In this document: positions 1 through 8,136 of the stretch, one piece after another
Position numbering within the stretch: the first letter of the stretch is position 1
How the letters are laid out: each line of letters opens with the position of its first letter
IMG/VR virus record: IMGVR_UViG_2529292759_000002
Location: 1 to 40,408 of that record
Source: a virus
Lineage: Duplodnaviria > Heunggongvirae > Uroviricota > Caudoviricetes
Reading direction: 5' to 3' (one strand)
Length of the DNA stretch: 40,408 bases
Made by a program: the position numbers and the translations under genes
The notes under the pieces: generated by a model
Seen by the model: only the letters and a program-made list of their open reading frames with translations
What the model was told of the DNA's origin: nothing
Databases searched by the model: none

Positions 1-45
1 ATTGAGTGGGAATGATTAACAGCTAACTCATAGCAACTCATTCCT
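1..45. repeat. attL: attL: left copy of the 45-bp direct repeat bounding the prophage
   Basis: Bases 1-45 (ATTGAGTGGGAATGATTAACAGCTAACTCATAGCAACTCATTCCT) recur exactly at 40364-40408; integrase gene lies adjacent. Confidence 0.85.
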
Positions 46-63
46 ATTCAGATACTAATTTAA

Positions 64-94
64 CCCTCTGTTTTTACAGAGGGTTTTTGTTTTT
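64..94 (+). terminator. Intrinsic terminator-like hairpin just inside attL
   Basis: CCCTCTG / CAGAGGG stem with 6-nt loop followed by TTTTTGTTTTT. Confidence 0.5.
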
Positions 95-140
95 ATGTAT
101 TCATTTCTATTCACTCTACACCATATTTTTCGTCGGTACA

Positions 141-180
141 GGTGACGGTATTACCTTAAAGGTATACTCTCATACCGTCA
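141..180. promoter_or_regulatory. Integrase-proximal regulatory region: GGTGACGGTAT arm-like repeat plus a 15-bp palindrome (TTACCTTAAAGGTAT, 151-165)
   Basis: GGTGACGGTAT at 141-151 recurs at 40282-40292 near attR; TGACGGTA/TACCGTCA inverted repeat flanks the palindrome; 43 bp upstream of the int start. Confidence 0.45.
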
Positions 181-207
181 TGAAAATGGTTTCTATACGG
201 GTGAATT

Positions 208-1464
208 GTGCTTACCGATACAAAATTAAAAAACCTCAAGCCGCAGGACAAACTGTACAAGGTCTCCGATCGTGACGGGCTGTATGTAGCTGTGCTTACG
301 TCAGGCACGGTCTCGTTTCGCTATGACTACCGTATCAACGGTCGCCGCGAAACACTGGTAATCGGGCAGTATGGGCGTGACGGTATCAGCCTGGCAGAAG
401 CGCGAGAAGAACTGATTGCTGCAAAGAAGCTGCTTAAAGCAGGCCAGTCACCGGCTGCGGCTAAACGTGACGGTATCAAAAAGATTCGTGGTGCCGAGAC
501 GTTTGCGGTACATACCGACAGTTATATGAAACACGTCATCCTGGCTGACAGTACCCGCGCAATGAAGCAGGCGGTGATCGACCGTGACATACTTCCTGTT
601 CTTGGTAACAAAATGATGGCTGAAATTACCACATCGATGGTTCGTGATTTGTGTGACCGGATTGTCGAACGCGGTGGTCGGGCAACAGCAGTACAGGCCA
701 GGGAGATCATCAGCAGCGTATACCGTCACGCCAATGACCGTGGTCATGGTTTGTTTAATCCTGCGGCTGACATTAAACCTTCGTCTATCGCCATATTTAA
801 ACCACGAGAGCGAACACTGACACCAGAAGAAATTGGCCTGTTCTTCCGCACGCTGGATGCCATTGGTGCTATGGGCACTATGAAAATGGCTTTAAAACTG
901 GTGCTTATCACTATGGTTCGTAAGGGCGAATTCACCAATGCAACGTGGGATGAAATAGATTTTAAAAAATGGACATGGACAATTCCTTCAGACCGCATGA
1001 AGGGAAGCCGGGCGCATGTTATTTACCTGCCTAAACAGGCTCAGGATATATTGGTCGGGTTGCAGATGTGCGCTGGTGGAAGTGAATATCTGGTTCCTGG
1101 TCGTTACAATTTCCGGAAGCCATTATCTAATGCCGCGCTGAACTCTCTGATCGACAGAACGGTGAAAATAATAAATGAAGATGGTGAGCATATTCAGGGC
1201 TTCACCGTACACGATATGCGCCGTACAGCCAGTACGTTGTTGCATGAGGCTGGTTATCCTTCAGACTGGATTGAAAAGGCTCTGGCACATGAGCAGAAAG
1301 GTGTGCGCGCCGTATATAACAAAGCGGAATACGCCAGACAGCGCGCCTACATGTTGCAGCAGTGGGCCGATATGATTGATTCCTGGATTAACGGGGAGCA
1401 TACAGATCTGATTCCGTTCTCCCCGTCGAAGTTTGAGAGGTGGATGGAAGACAGTAATAAATAA
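208..1464 (+). CDS. int: Tyrosine recombinase / phage integrase, P4-type (GTG start)
   Basis: 418 aa; N-terminus MLTDTKLKNLKPQDKLYKVSDRDGLYV typical of P4/CP4-57-type integrases; C-terminal HDMRR and catalytic Tyr region (VRAVYNKAEY). Confidence 0.9.
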   Translation: MLTDTKLKNLKPQDKLYKVSDRDGLYVAVLTSGTVSFRYDYRINGRRETLVIGQYGRDGISLAEAREELIAAKKLLKAGQSPAAAKRDGIKKIRGAETFAVHTDSYMKHVILADSTRAMKQAVIDRDILPVLGNKMMAEITTSMVRDLCDRIVERGGRATAVQAREIISSVYRHANDRGHGLFNPAADIKPSSIAIFKPRERTLTPEEIGLFFRTLDAIGAMGTMKMALKLVLITMVRKGEFTNATWDEIDFKKWTWTIPSDRMKGSRAHVIYLPKQAQDILVGLQMCAGGSEYLVPGRYNFRKPLSNAALNSLIDRTVKIINEDGEHIQGFTVHDMRRTASTLLHEAGYPSDWIEKALAHEQKGVRAVYNKAEYARQRAYMLQQWADMIDSWINGEHTDLIPFSPSKFERWMEDSNK

Positions 1465-1466
1465 TT

Positions 1467-2126
1467 CTATCCTTCCTGGACTTTGGTAAGCGTCAGATTT
1501 CCGCAGAACACTGCGCCGGTGTCGATGTACATTTGGTTTGCATACACCAGTGGGTGATGTGCTGGCGTATGACCGAAGATGAACAAATCGGCACCGGTTA
1601 TCTCCGAGACAATACCGTCCTGCGCGTCGCTAACCCGCTCACGATTCCATATCACCATTTCTTCCGGTACTGGCTTATCGAATGCGTATTCGTTGTGCGG
1701 GTAGTCTGCGTGGCAGATGACGACCTTCTTATTGCCGGTAACCAGTTCGATAATCATCGGGAGGTTGGTAACCTTTGGCAGAAGGTATTTGAGTTGCACA
1801 TCCTGCTCAGAATCAAGTTGGTGCCACCATCCACCGCCGTTTGACATCCAATGTCCGAAACTTCCGCCGTTGACCAGTGCATCCAGCATCATCTGCTCAT
1901 GGTTGCCACGAACAGCTCGGAACCACGGCATAGTAATCAAATCCAGGCATTCGACGTTTTCAGCGCCGCGGTCAACAAGGTCACCAACGGAAATAAGCAA
2001 ATCGCGCGCCGGGTCGAATGAAACTTTGTCGAGTTCGTTCATCAGCAGTGTGTAGCACCCATGCAGATCGCCGACGACGAAGATATTGCACCAGTCAGCG
2101 CCATTGATGCGTTGATATAGGTTCAT
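1467..2126 (-). CDS. Ser/Thr protein phosphatase, lambda PPase type
   Basis: Start taken at internal Met (MNLYQ...); GDLHG, GDLVDRG and GNHE metallophosphatase motifs; long collinear similarity to lambda phosphatase as recalled. ATGA overlap with the upstream gene. Confidence 0.85.
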   Translation of the reverse strand: MNLYQRINGADWCNIFVVGDLHGCYTLLMNELDKVSFDPARDLLISVGDLVDRGAENVECLDLITMPWFRAVRGNHEQMMLDALVNGGSFGHWMSNGGGWWHQLDSEQDVQLKYLLPKVTNLPMIIELVTGNKKVVICHADYPHNEYAFDKPVPEEMVIWNRERVSDAQDGIVSEITGADLFIFGHTPAHHPLVYANQMYIDTGAVFCGNLTLTKVQEG

Positions 2127-2785
2127 GCTGCACGCTCCCGCCCCTGGTTGTCTGTTGGTGACAGCGGAGCATTGCTGAATGCATTTGTTAATCCGCCAAT
2201 ATCCAACGCGTATCCAGGATGTAGTTGCACTGCCGGGTCTTCGCACTGATTACCCCAAACATCGAAACCATGAGACGTCTGGCGGGCGAACAGTTCAATG
2301 CGAGAAACATCGCCTAATAATTGCACAAGTTTTTCACGAACGATATCTGGCTTTCTTGAATGCTCAAGCCGCGGTGCGGTAAATGACTGAACGATCCCTG
2401 CATTAATGCGCGTAGGTAGTTTTCCCTTTACCGCAAACAGGCAATCTTCACTATTGGCGCGAGTCATGTGTCCCATACCCATAACCAGTTTATCTGGTTG
2501 TCGACTACCACATTTTATCCACGTGAAGCCCTTCATCGTCATCAGACGAAATCCCCAGGCTTCAACAACTTTTAGTGCTTCGAGTGGTTGTGTTGGCACC
2601 CACCACATGGCCAACAGACAGTTTTCAGCGGTCAAATCCCACACAGGAAGGCGGCAGATATCCAGCACACTCATAACCGGATATTTAAAACCGGCACCGC
2701 GATTACCATCTGCGGCTTTGTCCCGGTATACCCAGGGTGGATCTGCATAGATTAGTGTGTATTTCTTAGTCATAAACCACCCCAC
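2123..2785 (-). CDS. DNA N6-adenine methyltransferase, MT-A70-like (DPPW motif); orphan, no cognate nuclease seen
   Basis: IYADPPW motif near the N-terminus; 220 aa; start is GTG at 2785 or ATG at 2773. Confidence 0.7.
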   Translation of the reverse strand: MGWFMTKKYTLIYADPPWVYRDKAADGNRGAGFKYPVMSVLDICRLPVWDLTAENCLLAMWWVPTQPLEALKVVEAWGFRLMTMKGFTWIKCGSRQPDKLVMGMGHMTRANSEDCLFAVKGKLPTRINAGIVQSFTAPRLEHSRKPDIVREKLVQLLGDVSRIELFARQTSHGFDVWGNQCEDPAVQLHPGYALDIGGLTNAFSNAPLSPTDNQGRERAA

Positions 2786-3065
2786 AACATCCTATGCCGC
2801 TATAGTCGCCACGGCGAAGGCCGTTACCTTTTGTGATACATTGGTCCCTGCGAACCGCGATCCTTGCACGTTCAACATCACCAGAAGCAACATCCATACA
2901 CTGAAGCCAAAGGTGAGCGGCAATGCGGAACTGCCCTTTTTTCTCTCTTTCAATCGCGCGTTTTTCGATCTCTATCGCCGCAGGAGTAACGGCGACAATC
3001 TTTGACGGACTGCGCATTGAAACCTTATTCATGTGGTATTTTTCAAGTCGGCTTAACTTTCTCAC
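2766..3065 (-). CDS. Hypothetical protein (uncertain gene)
   Basis: 99-aa ORF in the leftward operon; no recognisable motif; overlaps the methyltransferase start. Confidence 0.3.
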   Translation of the reverse strand: MRKLSRLEKYHMNKVSMRSPSKIVAVTPAAIEIEKRAIEREKKGQFRIAAHLWLQCMDVASGDVERARIAVRRDQCITKGNGLRRGDYSGIGCCGVVYD

Positions 3066-3174
3066 TTAATCCAACCCTCTCTGAAAATTAATGCCAGCAG
3101 ATAAAGCCATGCTGAAACAGAGGCCAGGAATAAGTACCATCCTGACCATTTGCTCCAGTGCCTTAGCAGCGCAC

Positions 3175-3423
3175 TCATGCAGCGTTGCTCACGGGACGAT
3201 ATACACGTTGCTGAACAGGAGGCTTTTTACCCTGGAACTCTGCCGGGCTTGCTGCCTGACGTTCATCAAGCCAACGCTCAACTTCATCACGGTTCCATGC
3301 GCAGCGTTTATCGGTGATATACCAGCGTTTAGGAAATTCCCCTGCGCGCTCCATACGGTCGATAGTGCTCCATGACAGTGGCACCACCGCCAGGAGTTCT
3401 TTCTTACCTAATGCACCTTTCAT
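3175..3423 (-). CDS. AlpA/Xis-family small DNA-binding protein; candidate excisionase or regulator
   Basis: 82 aa; pattern LSWSTIDRMERAGEFPKRWYI...RCAWNRDEVERWLDER matches the AlpA/excisionase HTH signature. Confidence 0.65.
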   Translation of the reverse strand: MKGALGKKELLAVVPLSWSTIDRMERAGEFPKRWYITDKRCAWNRDEVERWLDERQAASPAEFQGKKPPVQQRVYRPVSNAA

Positions 3424-3472
3424 GAATACCTCTCTTGGTTGCAGTGCGGCGCACGTGGCGCCGCGGTGGTGG

Positions 3473-4495
3473 TTACTCGAATTCTGGACGCATATCGTTA
3501 AGCGTCATCATGAATTTTTGGTGATATTCATCACCGAGCTTTTCAGCCATGGTGTTAATTTCATTTTCAGCGCGCTTGAACATCGTTTTTGCATCTTCAG
3601 CAGATGGATCCAGGCTATTAAGTATCGCGATGATATATTCTCGAGCTTCTTCTCGTTCTGAATCTGAAATTGGCGACAGGTGTTGACGCTCATCGTCAAC
3701 TACGGAATATTCACCAGTGATAACAGCTGCGTTATCTTGGCTAAGTCCAGCTTCAGCGCGCTCATCCATAACAACAGCCTTCTGCATTTCAATAGAAACA
3801 GGAAGATATTTGAATAGTCGGCGAATTACTGTTTTTTTAGCCATCTCATCGAAGTGATCAACCCATGGGCCACTGCTACCGGCTTTGCTCAGTGCACGAA
3901 CTTTCTCAATGTCTGCCCGGCTCATAACTTCAAATTGGACTCCGCCATCTTTCAGTCGTGCAACGGCGTAAACGTGCGTTAATTCTCCGCGGTCACCTGT
4001 TTCGCAAGGTAAATGCTCGAGCGTTTCTTCCAGGCCGTATGAGTAGCTGAATTTGTCGTTTGTATGTACGGTACGAGCCGAGATACTCAGGATCTGCCCA
4101 GAGCGGCGGGCAAGGTCAATCATTCCGCGATAGCCGATAATCAGCTGTGCTTCTGTAGATACGGTTTCCCATCTTCCATTTACTTTCTGGCGTTTGTCGA
4201 ACGGTATCAGGTAAGCGTGTCCAAGAGTTCCGCCTGGTTCAAGACCCAATTGGGCACATTGCATAATTGCCCCCAGGAAGCTGGCTTGGTCGCATGATGC
4301 AAGTTTTGGAACCTTTCGGATCTCTGTGGTTGCTATGCGCGCCAGACGGTCTGCTGTCATGTGCTTTGGAAGTGCCAAAGCCATCTGAGCTTTAATTTTT
4401 GGGTCTGCCAGAAGTCCGGCCAGAGTTGTTGGTTTCTCATTATGATGTGCAACTTGGTTACCGGTAGCCGCTGCCTTAAGTGCATTGATAGACAT
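3473..4495 (-). CDS. recT: RecT-family single-strand annealing recombinase
   Basis: 340 aa; strong similarity to Rac RecT as recalled (IIGYRGMIDLARRSGQI, THVYAVARLKDGG.QFEVM, GPWV.H..EMAKKT.IRRLFKYLPVSIE). Confidence 0.9.
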   Translation of the reverse strand: MSINALKAAATGNQVAHHNEKPTTLAGLLADPKIKAQMALALPKHMTADRLARIATTEIRKVPKLASCDQASFLGAIMQCAQLGLEPGGTLGHAYLIPFDKRQKVNGRWETVSTEAQLIIGYRGMIDLARRSGQILSISARTVHTNDKFSYSYGLEETLEHLPCETGDRGELTHVYAVARLKDGGVQFEVMSRADIEKVRALSKAGSSGPWVDHFDEMAKKTVIRRLFKYLPVSIEMQKAVVMDERAEAGLSQDNAAVITGEYSVVDDERQHLSPISDSEREEAREYIIAILNSLDPSAEDAKTMFKRAENEINTMAEKLGDEYHQKFMMTLNDMRPEFE

Positions 4496-4504
4496 TTTTT
4501 CTCC

Positions 4505-5404
4505 TTACTTCATTCTGAAGACGCGTTGTGTCGTTGTTGTTTTGAATTTTTCGAATAACTCAGGGTGTACTGACTGGAATAGCTTCTGGTCGAATCTGTT
4601 GCTGATCTGAGATTTCCATGTGCAGAGCGGCTTTCCGTCCAGGGTCAGGACTGAGTGCTCTTGCATGTACATCTTCAGCTTCTCTTCTGATATAGCTATT
4701 TCTTCTTCCAGTGATTTTCTGCGTGACTTCATGTCTCGTAGATCGTTGAATAGTGCGAGTGCCTTTCCGTCAGCCTCGATACTTGTCCCGGCATCTTTCT
4801 CAAACATCAGCGATACATCGCTTACGCTGGTAGCTTCCGGCGGGTTAAGATTTTTCACTCGGTCCCAGAAAGCGATTTCTTTTTCTAAGATCGCCTGGAT
4901 AGTTTCTTCATCACGCTCAACCCGATAGATTCGGAAGTCGTCGCCACCGATAAGCACACCGAAAACGCATACCTGTTTGTTTGTAACCATCAACCCGTGC
5001 ATGGCCTGGGCCGTGTAATGCACAGGAATTGCATCTGTCTGGATTTCTCCCCATTCTTTGGCTTTGAACGGACTAACTGTTTTGATCTCAATGTTCTCGC
5101 CTGACGCTGCTTCTGCATCGATCTCAGCTGCAATAAAATCATAATCACGGTGGATATAGCGGTTTCCGCGATGAACGATTTCCATCCCTGTTTCCTCAGA
5201 AAGCAGGTCTATTACGTATGGCTCCATACGCTGGCCACGCGTGAAAACTTTCTGCTTGCTTGGGTCTACTGGTTTGACACGTGGCTGGACCTTATCCAGA
5301 TAAACCTCAAGCGGGGTGCGCCATGGGCTAATTCCAAGAATCCCTGCAACATCGCTTCCTCCGATGTATTTTGTTCTATCCATGATTCCAGCGTTCCGCA
5401 TCAT
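4505..5404 (-). CDS. YqaJ-type viral recombinase exonuclease (partner of RecT)
   Basis: 299 aa; YIGGSD..GILG and TRGQ..EP motifs typical of YqaJ/lambda-exo-like nucleases; immediately upstream of recT with ATGA overlap to the preceding gene. Confidence 0.8.
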   Translation of the reverse strand: MMRNAGIMDRTKYIGGSDVAGILGISPWRTPLEVYLDKVQPRVKPVDPSKQKVFTRGQRMEPYVIDLLSEETGMEIVHRGNRYIHRDYDFIAAEIDAEAASGENIEIKTVSPFKAKEWGEIQTDAIPVHYTAQAMHGLMVTNKQVCVFGVLIGGDDFRIYRVERDEETIQAILEKEIAFWDRVKNLNPPEATSVSDVSLMFEKDAGTSIEADGKALALFNDLRDMKSRRKSLEEEIAISEEKLKMYMQEHSVLTLDGKPLCTWKSQISNRFDQKLFQSVHPELFEKFKTTTTQRVFRMK

Positions 5405-5700
5405 GCCGCGTCCCTCTGCCCATCAAGCTGATCCGCCAGATCCCAGCGCGCTATAATTGCCATTGCCTCGCGCCGGTAGGCATCCATCAGTTCTTCGAAC
5501 TCAGGGCTGTCTTTAGCAGCCTCCAGCACTTCCTGACGAACGCCTTTGCCTGTTACAACGTCGAAAGTTGAGGACAGTTGATGAAGTCGGATGCTCTCAA
5601 TCAGTTCAACTTGTCGGTCATATAGCTGTTCTGACAGGCGGTAGTCCTTGTCGAATGCCAGCATGATTTTTTGAAGATTTTTCTGCTGATTAACGTTCAT
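5401..5700 (-). CDS. Hypothetical early protein (Gam/Abc-like position upstream of the recombination genes)
   Basis: About 100 aa from MNVNQQ; translationally coupled to flanking genes; function not recognisable. Confidence 0.5.
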   Translation of the reverse strand: MNVNQQKNLQKIMLAFDKDYRLSEQLYDRQVELIESIRLHQLSSTFDVVTGKGVRQEVLEAAKDSPEFEELMDAYRREAMAIIARWDLADQLDGQRDAA

Positions 5701-5702
5701 TA

Positions 5703-5855
5703 TCAGCCCTCCCATATCTCGTTATCGTTGGCTACATCGCGAGCTTCTTTGCTGACGAAAGCCCACTTAATGCCTTCCTGTAAGGTGCGGAACTTCCAGC
5801 TCATGAATCCGCATGCAGTAACGCAGTACCAACCGTTGATGATTTTCCACTGCAT
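5703..5855 (-). CDS. Small ORF, first gene of the leftward early operon (about 50 aa)
   Basis: Not in the ORF track (<60 aa); ATG at 5855 with GAGGT Shine-Dalgarno 6-10 nt upstream; stop abuts the next start. Confidence 0.4.
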   Translation of the reverse strand: MQWKIINGWYCVTACGFMSWKFRTLQEGIKWAFVSKEARDVANDNEIWEG

Positions 5856-5874
5856 AACTTGTTACCTCGGTCTG

Positions 5875-5951
5875 TTACCGTTGAGGTAATAATTATGCTT
5901 ATTTGGTTTGGTGTCAATAGATATGAGTTAAAAAAATTACCCGCAAGGTAA
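5875..5951 (-). promoter_or_regulatory. OL-like region: two 15-bp palindromes (TTACCGTTGAGGTAA 5875-5889; TTACCCGCAAGGTAA 5937-5951) flanking a candidate leftward promoter
   Basis: Palindromes 62 bp apart; minus-strand TTGACA at about 5922-5927 with a TAATTA/ATAATT -10 candidate about 16 bp downstream. Confidence 0.55.
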
Positions 5952-5960
5952 TCTATCTGG

Positions 5961-5986
5961 CAATAAAAAAGCCGCCATGAGGCGGC
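5961..5986 (-). terminator. Intrinsic terminator downstream of the repressor gene
   Basis: Minus-strand GCCGCC-TCAT-GGCGGC hairpin followed by TTTTTTATT. Confidence 0.7.
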
Positions 5987-6008
5987 TTACTTACTGAAAA
6001 CTATAGTT

Positions 6009-6593
6009 TTATTGTTTGTTTTTTTCGTTCTGGTTGATGACAAATTCAATGTAACTTTCGATCTTTGCTTTCTCGGTTTCGGGTAACAATGCGTAGCGTG
6101 AGCGGTCATAGTTGATAGTCGCAGGGTCGTGCGGGTGAATCAGTAGTTCATATCCGTGACGCCCGAATGCGGATGCAACATTCTCCAGGGTGGAAATGGA
6201 AACGCTGACCTCATTGTTTAACAGGCGGCTGATTGTCACCTGGGCGACGCCGGATGCGCGGTGAAGTTTTCCCTGTGTTGAAAGGTCGCGGCTTTCGCTC
6301 ATCCAGCGTTCCAGGTTGTGAGCCGCCAGCTGACCTATATCGCTCGGGCCGACAGGCTGAAAACCCTCCTGAGAAAGCGAACGATCAATATCAAGCCAGT
6401 TACGGGGTTTATTGGCGGCAGCTTCAATTTTTCGTGCAACCTGGTCGCCGATAACCTTCTTGCCAAGAGCCCAGCGGTTTACCAGATTTGCCTGAGTTCC
6501 AAGTTTTTCTGCCATCCGCGTCTGAACACCATTGAATTCACGGTCGATCAAGTCGTTGAGATTTTGCCTGCGGACGTCCTGGATACTTTTCAT
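6009..6593 (-). CDS. Prophage repressor candidate: tandem HTH (XRE-like) protein with no recognisable S24 autopeptidase domain
   Basis: 194 aa; two HTH-like segments (QTRMAEKLGTQANLVNRWALG and ASGVAQVTISRLLNNEV); divergent from the Cro-like gene with operator-like palindromes between; no GxSM...K signature. Confidence 0.7.
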   Translation of the reverse strand: MKSIQDVRRQNLNDLIDREFNGVQTRMAEKLGTQANLVNRWALGKKVIGDQVARKIEAAANKPRNWLDIDRSLSQEGFQPVGPSDIGQLAAHNLERWMSESRDLSTQGKLHRASGVAQVTISRLLNNEVSVSISTLENVASAFGRHGYELLIHPHDPATINYDRSRYALLPETEKAKIESYIEFVINQNEKNKQ

Positions 6594-6648
6594 TTTCTGG
6601 AAAATCGCCTCATATATGAATCAGTAGATGATTCAATTTAAAGCAATA

Positions 6649-6711
6649 TTACCCAACAGGTAAATGCACCTCATAGGTAACTATCCTTGATTTTTGTTAC
6701 CTTATGGGTGA
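6649..6711. promoter_or_regulatory. OR-like region: three 15-bp palindromic sites between the repressor and Cro-like genes
   Basis: TTACCCAACAGGTAA (6649-6663), GCACCTCATAGGTAA (6666-6680), TTACCTTATGGGTGA (6697-6711); triple arrangement resembles a lambdoid OR. Confidence 0.6.
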
Positions 6712-6747
6712 ATATTTATTATCTGAAATAAATATCAGGCAATAGCT

Positions 6748-6978
6748 ATGAGCGATAACGGACATTTCGATTTCAAAAAGCACTGGCTTGCACTTACTCC
6801 GGATGAGCGTGAAGCCTTCGCACAGGAAGCCGGAACGACGAGTCACTATATCCAGACTCACTTAACAGGTAAGCGCAAAATGCCAGGTAAAGTATTGATG
6901 AATGGGCTTTTTAAAGCCTGTAAAACAAGACAATGGTTGCGCTCAAAAGCAGAACTGGCATACTTCTTCTACTCATGA
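6748..6978 (+). CDS. Cro-like small DNA-binding protein
   Basis: 76 aa, basic; divergent from the repressor across the operator region; AGCTATG start context. Confidence 0.55.
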   Translation: MSDNGHFDFKKHWLALTPDEREAFAQEAGTTSHYIQTHLTGKRKMPGKVLMNGLFKACKTRQWLRSKAELAYFFYS

Positions 6979-7000
6979 TATCCAGCTACACCCCTCTGTA

Positions 7001-7024
7001 GACCGCCACCCGGCGGTCTTTTCA
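7001..7024 (+). terminator. Intrinsic terminator after the Cro-like gene
   Basis: GACCGCC-ACC-CGGCGGTC hairpin followed by TTTTCAT. Confidence 0.5.
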
Positions 7025-7033
7025 TATCTATTC

Positions 7034-7048
7034 GCACCTTAAAGGTAA
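7034..7048. promoter_or_regulatory. 15-bp palindromic site (GCACCTTAAAGGTAA) upstream of the replication operon
   Basis: Same left-half variant (GCACC) as the middle OR site; about 80 bp upstream of the 7129 start. Confidence 0.45.
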
Positions 7049-7128
7049 TAAAAAACCAAATATGGTTGATCTTTTTTTTGTGTCAGCACAAAATAACCGT
7101 AATCCCAATACTAATAACAGGGCTTACC

Positions 7129-7329
7129 ATGGAAATCATTACACGTATTGATGCCGCAAAGCGCGGACTTAAACGCTACTACACCGGAAAACCATGTAAG
7201 CACGGACATGACAGTGAACGCTGGGTTTACAACGGACACTGTGTTGAGTGCACCATGGAATCAAACCGTCGCATCAGGGCAGAGATTAAGCAGATCATGA
7301 TTAATTCCTCCCCACAACACTCAAGCTGA
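7129..7329 (+). CDS. Small Cys/His-rich protein in the cII-equivalent position
   Basis: 66 aa from the internal ATG at 7129; C-x-H-x-H ... C-x2-C pattern (CKHGHDSERWVYNGHCVEC); lies between the Cro-like gene and the O-like gene. Confidence 0.5.
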   Translation: MEIITRIDAAKRGLKRYYTGKPCKHGHDSERWVYNGHCVECTMESNRRIRAEIKQIMINSSPQHSS

Positions 7330-7344
7330 TAGCGGAGATTAATC

Positions 7345-8136
7345 ATGAGCAGACATGCAACAGATTGGGCCTGGGAGACAGATCCAGGTAGCTCGTCATT
7401 AAAGCTCATACTGCTCTCGATGGCTGACAGAGCCGATGAATATAACCTCTGCTACCCCAGCATAGAACGCCTCGTTAAAGACACTTGCCTGAATAAAAAA
7501 ACCGTGCAGGCCGGACTTATATCGCTCATGAAAATGGGGCTTATTTCAGATACCGGGGAGAGAAAGGGAGCGACAAAAAGAGTGCGGGTTTTCTCTCTTA
7601 ATATAACCAAAAACGGGAACATTAAAGGCAACCGAGAGGGGGGCAATGAACCCGAAAACGGTAATGTTACCGAAAACGGGAATATACCCAAAAACGGGAT
7701 GTTGAATGATCCCAAAAACGGGATCCAGAACCAGTCATATAACCAGTCATTTAACCAAGAGAGGGAGAGCAGGACAAAAAACGGGGATTCTGTGCATCAT
7801 GACCCCGGCGCAAACAACGCCGTGATGAATAACTTTGTTCCTCCTAGTGGGCCAGGGCAATTAGGCAAATTTGTCATGCATGAACAATGGCAGCCATCAG
7901 ATGACTTTCTTCGGAAAAGCTCATTGCAGGGGATCTACCTGGACAGTCTGCCAACGGCACAGGAACTTGCAGAGTTCAGAATTTACTGGATGGCTGAGGG
8001 TAAGGCATACCATCAGGCACAGTGGGAGCAGAAGCTGGCAAGGCGGCTGCAGATTAGCAGACAGAAGCAATCAACATTACCTGATAACAACGTTCCGCAC
8101 TGGAACAGCCCTGAAGCATGGGAGGATTTCTTGTGA
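7345..8136 (+). CDS. Replication initiator (O-like) with an internal iteron-encoded linker
   Basis: 263 aa; N-terminal winged-helix-like region; central repeated KNGN/ENGN peptide encoded by the DNA iterons; directly upstream of the P homologue. Confidence 0.65.
   Translation: MSRHATDWAWETDPGSSSLKLILLSMADRADEYNLCYPSIERLVKDTCLNKKTVQAGLISLMKMGLISDTGERKGATKRVRVFSLNITKNGNIKGNREGGNEPENGNVTENGNIPKNGMLNDPKNGIQNQSYNQSFNQERESRTKNGDSVHHDPGANNAVMNNFVPPSGPGQLGKFVMHEQWQPSDDFLRKSSLQGIYLDSLPTAQELAEFRIYWMAEGKAYHQAQWEQKLARRLQISRQKQSTLPDNNVPHWNSPEAWEDFL
7607..7724. repeat. Iteron array (candidate origin of replication) inside the O-like gene
   Basis: Five copies of CC(A/G)AAAACGG(G/T)A(A/T) starting near 7607, 7652, 7670, 7688 and 7712 (three at 18-bp spacing), followed by an AACCAGTCAT direct repeat. 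Confidence 0.65.

Noticed and set aside
87-275. ORF-track frame of 62 aa upstream of and overlapping the integrase start
   Set aside because: TTG-initiated, no ribosome-binding site, lies across the int regulatory region and overlaps the int start; most likely a chance open frame.
1467-2246. Extended N-terminus of the phosphatase ORF (259 aa as listed)
   Set aside because: The conserved phosphatase begins at the internal Met (MNLYQ...), giving the canonical size of about 220 aa and an ATGA overlap with the upstream gene; the upstream 40 codons overlap the methyltransferase coding region.
7607-7724. Possibility that the tandem repeats are a CRISPR array or minisatellite
   Set aside because: Repeats are short (about 13-14 bp), lie inside a reading frame, have 18-bp periodicity without unique spacers, and sit in a replication initiator gene; they fit replication iterons.
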